From: Takakia lepidozioides
Lineage: Eukaryota; Plantae; Bryophyta
Length of the DNA stretch: 64,000 nucleotides
Direction: 5' to 3'
Assembly (NCBI GenBank): GCA_030704615.1
Contig: CM060732.1
Span: 62,062,001-62,126,000 of the forward strand
Part shown: positions 49,785 through 60,728 of the stretch, piece after piece
Layout: each line of letters opens with the position of its first letter
Numbering within the stretch: position 1 is the first letter of the stretch
Notes under the pieces: model-generated
The model's input: only the letters and a program-made list of their open reading frames with translations
Told to the model about the DNA's origin: nothing
Database searches by the model: none
Made by a program: the position numbers and the translations under genes

Positions 49785-51258
49785 TCACACCTAGGGTTAC
49801 CTACTAGGATGAATTAGGTCATCTTCAGAGGAGTCCGAGAGCGTGACTGCAGGAGGCATAAGGGTTTGATCTTTTATGAAAGCATGACACATAGCGGTAT
49901 TGAGGTTTGACAAAACGGTCACCATGCTCTTGCTCATCTTGTGAACTTTTTTATCTCGATTTTTGAGGTATTCGAGCTGTTCTTTGAATGTCCGCGCTTG
50001 TGTCTTTGTCCTGATTTTGTCCATTTCCACTTGGGTCTGGTTAATATGATCCATGGCATCTACCAACACCTTGCTGCTCTTATCATTTGTATCACTAACA
50101 GGTGTGAAGACACTTGATCGTTTCCGCTTCACACCAGTCTTGCCAAGAGCAGTCGGTCCTTGAATGCCTTTAGCAGGTGTAGCATTCTCACATGCACTGT
50201 CTCCAAGATTGATAGTGGAGGACGGATTTGCTGCATGGACTCAAAATAATCATCAAGATTGATGACATTACGATTCAAGGCAACCAGAATTTCGTCAGGC
50301 ACATAGTCATCACCAAGGTGCTCTGACTCTGAAGTTGGACTAGACTGTTGTTCCTTCGTTGAATCTTCTTGAACTGTTGGAGCGATAGACTCCATCTCCC
50401 TGCGATTGAAGGTCCCTGACATGTGGTGGTGCATTGATTGCTCGCTCACCCTGAAAAACTTCAATGGCATCGTACCACTCCACATTAAACAGTCTTGGCA
50501 AGTGATACTTGTCTCGATCTTCCAATGCCATGTCCCAATATGATGTGCTATGCCCTGTATTGTGGTAAATCTTCTTGTAGTCGGAGTTGAGACCAATCCA
50601 TTTGTCCTTACACATCTTAGCATTGCGAATGAGTGTAGCTGAGCGAATCAATTTCTGGAACTCCTCTGCTATCTTGGTCCATTTTTGTGCTGCAGGCATC
50701 ATATGAGCTCTTGGATCGATCAAGTTATTTTGGGCAGCATGCTCTTTGTGCTTACAATCAATCAACAAAAGGATTTCATCATGGCTCCAATTTGCTTGGC
50801 GCTGCCTCCCAGAGGTAGTTCCACCTCTTCCTGCTGTGGCACTTCCCCTCCCTCCACTCGGTCTCCTCCTTCTTCCTCCCCTCCCTCTTCCTGCACTTTC
50901 CATTAAGCTAGAATTCTCCATCGCGATTGAATCTATGAATCTGTCTGCGCAAGCGTGAAGCACCCCAGAGCAAGCGAAGGGCGAGCCGCAAGCAGAAAAT
51001 GACAGCGAGAATTGGTTACTATCACATAGGATTTGGAAATGATAGCGTATCGGCAGTGACAGGGAGAAGAATCTTCATATTTTGAAAGATTTTACTACCG
51101 CGCTATTTATTTCAACACCTAGTTTCAGGTGATAGTGTCAATGATAGCAATGCCACGTCACCTGACATGTCAACAACCTATCGACGCAGAGGCGGAGGTT
51201 TGAACAGATAGTAATTTGACGATTTATCGTCGCTCCTAACCCTAGGTGTGAATGTACC
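49785..51258 (-). mobile_element. PIF/Harbinger-like element carrying only a Myb/SANT (trihelix-like) gene
   Basis: Inverted repeat TCACACCTAGGGTTA (49785-49799) / TAACCCTAGGTGTGA (51237-51251). The right end ...AATGTACC is followed by TTA. No DDE transposase seen. Confidence 0.65.
49797..50921 (-). pseudogene. Myb/SANT-like trihelix DNA-binding protein with C-terminal coiled coil, frameshifted
   Basis: NWSHDEILLLIDCK...KWTKIAE...RNAKMCKDKWIGLNSDYKKI...SYWDMALEDRDKYHLPRLF; continues in other frames to 49797. Confidence 0.8.
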
Positions 51259-51973
51259 TTAAGAGCTTACAATAACTGATTTAGCCATCATGACAAAGCA
51301 TCCAATAAATGGGGCATAGGTAAAGCACAAGGTCGCCTCATCTTATTGGGTTGAAAGTTCAAAGCTGTTTTTTATTTTGCTGCCGAAATGTCGCCAGATT
51401 CGACCTTGAGATACTTGTACAATGAAATTATGGGGGTAAAATTCAAAAAATTCACAATTAAACACCCCAGTGGTGGAATATCAAGTGCCGGGCCATCGTA
51501 GACGTGTTAGAACGTGCCACGTATCATATAGCAACTTGTCCACATTGGGTTTAATTCACATGTGGTCCCTTCGGCGACTTTTGAAAAATGAAAAGAAAAA
51601 CACATGCTCAAAGCCACAGAGGACGCGTTGCTCCGCACTACTAGTGACGACTTCGGATAACAACGTCCAGATAGATGGGACATCCGCAATGAATTGTTAA
51701 TTTGTTGATGGGGTATATTCAAGTTTTATGAAAAGATGGACTGCATTTGGTTTGGTAACATCAAGTAGTTTTGGATTATGAATGTTGCTTAAGAAATTTT
51801 TGCATGATTCAAGCATCAGGAAGCTGTAGCCTTTCAGGGTGATATGACCCCATAGGTTAAGCAAGATTTGTTTTTTTGTTTTTTGTTTTTTTAAAACTGA
51901 CAGCCCAAAACAAATGACGACAATGATGTGGCAAAGATGACGTGGCACTATAGCACCCTATTCCTGCTCTACA

Positions 51974-52735
51974 TTAAAACCCTACACTAAGCCACCCAGA
52001 TTTTCCCATTCTTCGCGCTCTGCTTTCGATTAGATTACTGAATATGCAGCTAAGGGCATGTGCCGATTCGGCATGCAGAATCGGCCAGCAGTGCCAATTC
52101 GACTTGCTGGACTCAACCCATTGGCCACTAGGTATCGATGAAAGATTGAAAGGGATTGATTTGGCCACTCGCTCTTCTGTCGCCGGTTCTTTAGGGGCAC
52201 CATTGCCAGGAAGCAATGGGGTTGTACTTATAGGTGTAATTAGCCGCTCGGAAGAGGATGCATCAAGCTTTTGGATTGTCTTCTCGATGCCCATGTATTT
52301 GGAGGAGGTCTGTGCTTCGAACCAAGGACGGCCACGGATCCTCTGGGCTCCAACCAGCAGTACTTCTGCAAGAGAGTTTGAAGAGAAAGGAACAGAAGCT
52401 CCTAATTCTCAAGTAGGGCTATCTCAAGCCTGGATAGTCTTCACTTAGTTGTTTATAACTGTCAACCACTAAATATATTTCAATTTTCAAAAGAATTAAA
52501 AAGGTTAGGTCTCAAGAAGCTGTTGCAAGACTGCCTCTGCTCTTTGCTCTACCTTGGGCAGAGCCCACTCGTGTTGAATCAGATCGAGACCATCTTTCTC
52601 CGCAACCCAGACAAGCAACAACCAAGTTATAGCCTAGTGGTCATGGGCACATACCAACCTCTGAAGTGGTTGTGGGTTCAATCCACTGATTGGTGTCACA
52701 AAGGTGTCCACCGTCCCGCTGGAAGGCAGTAGCCC
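51974..52735 (-). pseudogene. Unidentified two-exon gene-like fragment with in-frame stops
   Basis: Long coding-like frame (…WVAEKDGLDLIQHEWALPKVEQRAEAVLQQLL… and …GAQRIRGRPWFEAQ…IEKTIQKLDASSSERLITPI…) interrupted by stops. Family not recognised. Confidence 0.35.
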
Positions 52736-52785
52736 TTGGGGGTCAAACAGACACCAAAATTTAGGCATCATGTATATATATGTAT

Positions 52786-53149
52786 ATAAAACAAGGCTGA
52801 TTGTTGCTGAAGCAAGTGGAAGTGCAAATTATAGTGTCACTTAATCCTGAAAGGTCATTGCCTTCTGTGTGCACACTAGGTGATCTGTTGACCTTGGGTT
52901 GCCTGTTTATCTTTGGTAGTCATAAGACCATGTCACCTTCTTGGGAAGTCTTGACCTTTCCATCCAGAGTCTTTGACCTTGAATTGTGCCATGTTATCTA
53001 CTGCATCTGCGCTGACTTCCTCCAGTATATGTAGGCAACCCAAGGTCAACAGATCACCTAGTGTGCACACAGAAGGCAATGACCTTTCCGACACTATAAC
53101 TTGCACATGCGCTTGCTTCAGCAATAATCAACAATCAACCTTGTTTTAT
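52786..53149. repeat. Long inverted repeat / fold-back (arms ~115 bp, perfect 56-bp core, ~128-bp loop)
   Basis: 52849-52904 is the exact reverse complement of 53033-53088. The outer arms pair with small indels out to ATAAAACAAGG/CCTTGTTTTAT. Confidence 0.95.
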
Positions 53150-54424
53150 TATTTCATCTGTATGATCAAGTCAGTTGCATGTATAAGTGGGGTCCTCATT
53201 CTGCAAAAATGTCCAGCTGGTGTCAGGGAAAACAGCAGAAGCAGATATGATTGAAAGCTTTCTGGGTTACAAAGGCAAAGATCTGATTTGAAAAGATAGG
53301 TGGTAAAAATACCCCTAGAACAATCTCAGTATATTACAGAGTGCTGCTTTCAAAAGCCAATACCTATCCTGGTCAAAAAGGTAGGTCACCTCCTTCCCGT
53401 CAAAACTCATCCCACCCAAATGGGATGTAAGCATCAATTTGGGAAATCCCAATCACCTTAGTCCAGACACTCTGACAGATTCCACAATGCCCATGTGAAG
53501 AGAGGTTTTAACCCCTCCTACAACCCCAGTTTACAGGAGGAGGGTCGGATCAACAGAACCAATATTGCCCTCAATCTATATGTGAAGTGTGATTGGGTGC
53601 ATGATGTTGTTTTCAGCAAACAAGGAGAACAAAGGAATTGTAACCTCTGAAACAGGTGAAGCTCTAACCTAAAGTTTTGCTTGTTTTGAAAAACTTTGCT
53701 TGTTGTGTGATCGATGGCTTTCCATAGGTGCACACCATCTTCTCCAGAGCGCATGGACCCAAACTTTGTGTCCCTTGATCCTCCTCTGACTGCAACCTTC
53801 TTCTCCAGAAAATATCAGTGGTGTAAAAAGGGTCCCTGGGTGAAAGCATCCAATTTACAGTTCCAGGCTCTTCAACAGCAATCTCCCCGTGTGGATGTGT
53901 ATCACTCACTGCATGGTGCTCCAAAATTGACGCCTGCAAAGTCTGTCATAGATGGTTCATTCCCCAGCCATGGTCCTGCAACCAAAATGGGTCGCATGTA
54001 AGCATTCCGTAGGGAGCAAGCATATGCATTGATGTAAGCAATGGGGTAAATGTGTTAGGACAAATTCCCCTCATGGAATAGTAAGCCAGTCATGGGGACT
54101 TTCTGCCAAGAGAGGGTGCCTGCTGCAACCAACGTAATAACAGCTCTCCATATATGGCACTGGTTTGCTGGGGGGGTTCTCTCAAAACAAAGCACAATTG
54201 AATTGCTGAATGCCATGCTAGTTGGGAATGTAGGAAAGTCATAGCGAGAGGAACATTCATGTCATGGAGTGCAGGTGTCTATAGATATCTACTTGTCTGT
54301 ATGGAATGCAAGACAAATGGCATAAGTGGGTACATGGATGCACTCTGGGCAGTGTCACCAGTGAGGTGTGGCCATACAGCCTCTGACTCTTTGACGATTT
54401 CAATTGCCCAGAGAGCACCACCAC

Positions 54425-57400
54425 TCATAGCCAGCTGAGTCCGAAATGGGAAACACTGGGAGACTTCTGACCTCCCATTTTTTGTAGGGAGCGATATTGC
54501 AACCGTACACTCTCTCCGTTGTCCAATGTCCGCACCAAGTACCTAACCACACCATTAATCTGTGAGAAAGAGAAAAATGAACCAGCCAGAGTTTGTACTT
54601 GTGAGAATAATGCTCGGCCATTACAGAGCTGGCCGGACCCCTCCCAGTTTCGTGATAACCTCACCATTTAATTCCCTCACAGCCAACGGCATTCAATTTG
54701 CAACATAGAGCTCAGACCTAGCCATGTGTTTGTCACAGAGAGCAACAGATCAGAAAGAGAATATACCAGCCATTGAGACATTGTGTGGTGATTACTGCCT
54801 CCCGACCAACAAATCGCTCGGGTGTCCGTTTGTTACCCTGTTGAAAGCAAACAAGACCCTGGTTACCCAAGGACATCTGGAGAGTTATTTCATCACCTGC
54901 ATGGGTGAGTAACAGAACGAGGAGGTACAACATAAAACATAAGGAGCGGTTAATGGAGGAGGGAGAGAAGAACAGGCATGCATGCATAATGATATTGCCA
55001 TACAGATTGGTAAAACACATAAAAGGTGTAAGCAATAGACACATCTTGCCACAGCCATGTGGCCTAGACCCGTGCTGCGTGGACAATGCAGAAAAGAGGG
55101 AAGACATAACGGGAGGGAGGATAGCAGCAAAGGTCCCACTACAGAAGCGCTCCAGTAGTCTCAGTTACCAATTACTACAGTCGGTTCTGGGGCTTTATGT
55201 TGCTTTGGACACTACTAAACTCTACATCACCTTGATGTGAGTCCTCAAGGTTCTGACATAACAAGGCCACAGCTTTCACCAATGTGTTCAACTGAACCAA
55301 AGGATGTGCGGGGACAATGCACTCGTAAGACGCTGTTTGGTGTATCCTTGTGGCCATAGACCCTGCGCCCATTTTGGGTGGAACAAATGGAAACAGATAC
55401 TACCTTTGTCAGGTGCTCACTCCGGTAGTGTGACTTACCTTCATAGAGACAATTAATTTGGGTTATCCAGATATCCTCTAGAAAGCTCTTCACACAAGCA
55501 TCAACTTGCTGTGTGAGCTGCCCAGCAATTAGACCCAACAGGGCCAGGGCTCTAGGCTCAGCATAAAGACAGACATGAGAGAGAGAGAGAATGTACTCAT
55601 AAGACGTTGTTTGCCGTAGCCTTGTGGCCATTGACCCCGCGCCCGGTTTGAGTGGAACACAAAGGGACAGAAACTACCTTTGTAAGGGGCTGACACCCGT
55701 ACTATGACTTACCCTGAAATAGACAATTTATCCGAGTTCTCCAGATATCCTAGAAATCCCCTTCACACAAGCATCAATCCGCTGTGTGTGATTTCCCCAA
55801 TAAGTAGACCCCAAAAGGGCCTCGGAGAGACTGTACTGATACGACATTGTTTGCTTTTGGCTCAGAGAGAATGTACTCATAAGACGTTGTTTGCCGTAGC
55901 CTTTTGGCTCAGAGAGAGGGGGAGAGAGAGATACTGAGTCAGGAAGACATCAGAACTCATGAAGGTTTGGAGTTGAATTGCTTTACCTTAATCATGACAC
56001 GGTCACTCACAACGAAAGGAAACTGAACACCCTTTGTGCGTGTAGGGTCTGAGGCAGACTGGTCTGGCGGCCCAAGGCCGTCCTGCATCCCAAATTGAAC
56101 CGCCTTCTGTATTGAGATACTTGAAAAGTACAGTCTAGATCATATTGTACTCACTAGAACTGAAAACATCTGTGGTCATCCGAGTAGAGCAGCATCCGCT
56201 CTGATACAGACAATGGAAAATAAGAACACAAGTTTTAAAAAAATTCAAATAGACCAAATATCAATACACACACTATAAGGACCTTTCTATTCTAGATTTC
56301 CAAATCATTAAAGACAACTCACCTGGGTTGGATCTCTCCTCCTTTTGGCAGACTTGACATGACTCATCATCTCTTCCTCTCGCTTGTAGGCTTGCACCGC
56401 AGACCGCAGTGCTGCCCACATCCATTAGCAGACAATCTCTAATCATATTAATAAAGACGAAATGCCACCAGCAATGTGCACAAATGCATGAAAAAATGTC
56501 ACAATTTTATTTGAGATCTACTCATGGGCCTAGGAATATAGTCAATGGCTTACCCTATGGCTATAGCCCTAGTGTAAAGATGATGACAAGCTGGTTACAA
56601 CGACTAAGTTTGTTCTAAGGGCAGGCTTTGACATCACACAAAAAGGCCCCACAAAAGCACACATGGTGATTCCGGGAACGCTAATGTCGCTCACTACTTC
56701 ATACAAATGTGACAAAGTATGGTGGAGATACAGAGAAAGTTTGTTTGTAATACCATAATTGGGCGCCATGGACTCTGTGTGCACCGAAGCTCCACATGTG
56801 ATGCAGACATTCTGCCAACCCACTCATGCCCTTGTTAAACTTCTGTCCATCTTTCATACATCCAGTCTTCTTTTCATCTATCAGTCCAGTATTTCCTTAC
56901 AAACACTCAAATGGGAGCAACAGTTGATGCAAACATTTAGTGTCTGACTAGATCTGCTCTTTCATCTGTTCTCAATGCAACAGCATTTTGAAACGCAGCA
57001 TTCCCTGATCCTCTCTCACACACATATGAAACAGAGATAATATGTCTTATACCAACTCAACAAGGGTTAGATTGAAGTGGGTTACATTGCTCTCAAAAGT
57101 GATCATTAGATGTGTAACCAGGCTTATGTGGTGATCTACAGACCACTGTACAAAGCAGAGAACATGAAAGCTTAGTAGACTGCACATTTTCATTAAACTT
57201 ACGGTGTCCATCACCCGTCTCAGCCCTGCATTTCCAACGGAATGTCCACAAGAAATAATCATAGCATCCTCCAGTAATGCCCCCCTGTCACATGCAATTG
57301 AGACCAAATTTATGTTAGTGAGCAGGCCCTCATCGCACACAGTCTTGCACCATAGCATGTGCAAGTTTCTTTTCAAAAAGTAGGAGGGCAAGAAGAACAT

Positions 57401-58711
57401 GTTTAAACAGCATGAGCCCCAGCTGGCATTATGAAGAGAGAGACATACAACAGATGTTGGCGGGATAACAGCGATAGGCAAATTAATAGACGAAATAGGC
57501 AGGCAGACTAAAGAAGGAAACGTCCACCGCGGCCCTACTGGTCCATGGGACTAAGTGGACGAACAAGAAAGCACTTCAGAAAGCATCCAATGATGCCCAA
57601 AAAAGAAGTGCCTCTTATGCAGTTAGGCTGCAAGCACTTTGGGTCCTCCAAACTGAAAGCTTCTGCCTGGGAGTACATAATGGAGAATAGAATCATCAGA
57701 AAGACAAACAGAGAAGACAGGGAAAGAATCACAAAGGGAGGGAGAGCAAGATATTCATGACATCCACAGATGAGATAATAGAGGAGAGAAAGAAAACTAC
57801 GTCAGGGGATCAGAAAGAATGTGTCGCAAAGATGATTCAGCTACAGATGACAGAGAATCCAGTGTGCGATGCCTGGCACTGGGATCATTTGGAGAATCTG
57901 TGCCCTTCAGAACATTGCTGTTGCTTATTTGCGAATTCAACAGTGAGGTGTAGTAGTTGTCTGGATCTGAAACAGCCGAACTCTGAAGTTGCTCGTGAAG
58001 CGAGCCTTGTGTGATCCTGGCTTGCTCTTGAAGAGATCCCACAGCCACGTTCGCACGAAAACCCTCTTTTGAAGCTTCTCTTGACATGCCACTTTCTCTC
58101 ATCATACCATCGCGTGAGGATGTATGAGATGCTGCCAGCCCCCTTCCGCCATTCTGAGCTGGGTTTGTGTCACTATGGCCTACCCCTAACTGGGGGCTTG
58201 AGAGAGATGAAGAGAAAGAATTCAGAAATGGGAGAGTAGATGATGGAGAATGAAACATCCCAGAGTTCCCACCAACAACTGCCTTCAAAGCACCTCTCTC
58301 CCGATCTGCAGCAGCTCTCTCGAACACACCATCTGAGGTTCTTGAAGGCATTGAAGTGTCTAGTCTTACTTGCTCAGGATCAAAAGTACCCATTTGTGTA
58401 TGCAAAAGAGGCCCCACAACACCATCTCCACCTTCTGTGCCTCTCTCGTTGGGTGCCCCACCTCCCTCTACTTCACCTTCCACCATATCTCCATCATCAT
58501 CGTCTTCTTCAGTCCCTTCACTTTGCGATGCCTCATGTCCGTCCCCTCTTACCCCCACCATTTCTCTGTACTCCCCCTCCATTGTTCTGTCTCTCTCTGC
58601 TTCAGGCCATTCCTGCTGTCTCCCTTTTCCTACCATGCCTCCCATTTGGGAGCCATACACCACCCTTCTATCTTCATCTCCCCCTTCATCTCTTTGCTCT
58701 CTCTGTTCCAT
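54425..58711 (-). CDS. U-box domain protein, PUB62/PUB63-like; about 7 coding exons
   Basis: SLRHILSDPLT|GALLEDAMIISCGHSVG|NVCITCG...MAPNY|ALRSAVQAYKREEE|KGVQFPFVVSDRVMIK|GNKRTPERFVGREAVITTQCLNGW|YLVRTLDNGESVRLQYRSL. First ATG of the large exon is at 58711; an upstream start cannot be excluded. Confidence 0.9.
55318..55933 (-). mobile_element. Head-to-tail cluster of about four short 3' ends of the same non-LTR family, in a U-box gene intron
   Basis: Repeated GAGAGAATGTACTCATAAGACGTTGTTTGCCGTAGCCTTGTGGCCATTGACCCCGCGCCC, which apart from the tail is the reverse complement of ~38693-38745. (GA)n runs lie at the unit boundaries. Confidence 0.88.
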
Positions 58712-60728
58712 CTGGTGAGCTCCCTCTCCCCCTCTGTAAATTCTATGCGCCTTGAGAAAACCTTTGCTCAATTGCGGATGGGCAGAGACTGGTCTATTAG
58801 AAGACCCCTGAAGAGAATACACTCTCCCAAAAGCTCACCATGCACAATGCGATCTGCTGCAGAATTAAGATCTATGTCCACTTTTTGTGCCAGCACTCCT
58901 CCAACCATTACAAGTTCTTCAGAGCCCATCTACCCATGAGTTTTTGCCAGTAAGTGTCATGCCATGTCAGGTTCGATATTGCTTTTATTTCCTGCATGTG
59001 GCTGTGCATCCTATCGATATGCACTCAAAGCATTACTCCCAGGTGCTCCTTCCTCAGTTGCCGCCAAATCCTCAATGCTCAACTTTCCATAGGGATAACC
59101 ATTATTTTCTGCATCCCTCAATCATTGTGAATTTCCCTACATTGTGAAGTGTTGCATGCTCATCTGTGTATGACCTTAGTTTTCATGTTCTTGCAAGCCT
59201 CTGTCTGTCTGTCTCTGTCTTCCAACTTCTTGTCATAACCAGTGTTTCAAACTGACTGCACAGCCCTCCCGGCCACTTCAGGTAACAAATGAGAGGTCCA
59301 TTGCCAGAATCCCGCTGTAACCTCAATCTGTCAGTCTGTCATTTCCGGGTTCCATCTGCTCCAGCAGTGTGTCTAACCAAAGTCTTCATCCTGCACGCCA
59401 ACATTTCATGACCCATTGATTGACCTGACCACCTATATGCTTACCTTTGTGTTCAAAGTTTCTATACTCATGGACTTCTTGATATTAGACAAACTTCCCT
59501 CTATTGTACATTGTAAGTTCAGCAGTTGCTTAGCTTCACACAGATTATGAAACGATTCAAGAATTAGCCTTCTCTCCTGACTCAAAAGATCCCGCTCTTC
59601 TCGCTTCTAAGGTACGGGCACACTAGCATAAACATCAACATCATGATTTCTTTCCAATAGCAGATTTGTCCTTAACTGTGCGCTCATACTAAGGCAACTC
59701 CGGGCCGAGGTTCCATCCGCTGATTGATTGAACCCAGCAATCAGGTCCCTGAGATTTCAGCAGGAAGAATGTCCCCAGGAAGAAAGTCCTCAAGGGTATG
59801 TTATTACCCCTCGTTTGGAGGGTAAATGGGTACCCACCCGCTGTTCATGCTAAGTAGCACTCAAAGACTGCCATGATGCACTGCCCCTTTCACCCCTCAT
59901 GCTGTTATTCCATTCTCTTAATCTTGGAAGCCTCTCTTTTCCCTCCCTACACTCCGATTTCTCACTTCTTCCCGTGCTCGATCAAACTACCTCGAATGAG
60001 ACCCCAGAAAGATTTTGTGTATAATTGCGATGTCTGCTTTCACTTCCATAACCCTTTGCATCATTCAGCGATACCTCTCAATGTTCTTTTAGAGCATCTT
60101 TCTTCCCCTCTGTGATCACCATACCGCAATCAGCATCACTATCTACACTGCCCAACTAAGGCCCGAAGTTTTTGTTCGTTTCGTTTTGGCATGCCACGAA
60201 AAAGAAAAGAGCAATATTCTTGAGCATCACAACAACCGCCCATGCCTGTTCCTCTCCTCGCAAGAAAGCTTCTAATACCTGCAAATTGTCCATCTCTAAC
60301 CCAGTCTATATACGGTTCCTCGTTAAGAAAATCCCCACCCACAAACTCTTGATGAATGCTTACCCTACAACCAAAAAGAAGCTCGGACAGCAAAAACATC
60401 TTGGGCACTCCAATTCACACCATCTCTTGGACCTGCCCGTTCTCTGTCTGGGAGTACGATCCAAGACAGGCAAGACAAGACAAATTGCGAGAACAGGCTC
60501 CTTTCAAAATACCGTGTATATACCTAGCTCGCACGGGTATACGTATACCTATACAAGTACCCCGGGCCCACATATAGGGCTACCCATCCGATCTCTGCGC
60601 AGAGGTTTTTGTACGAGTCTCTGATTCATCTGCCTTGCGACCTCTATAACGCATTTAAGTTAGGTTTCCTGTTGCTGGATCTGCCCATCGCAGCTGCTGC
60701 TCGCAGGCACCACCAATTCGGAGAGATA

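Noticed and set aside
58240-58939. Plus-strand ORFs overlapping the U-box exon, and similar antisense ORFs over the PPR, LINE and TnpA regions
   Set aside because: These are shadow frames of real coding sequence on the opposite strand, with low complexity and no motifs.
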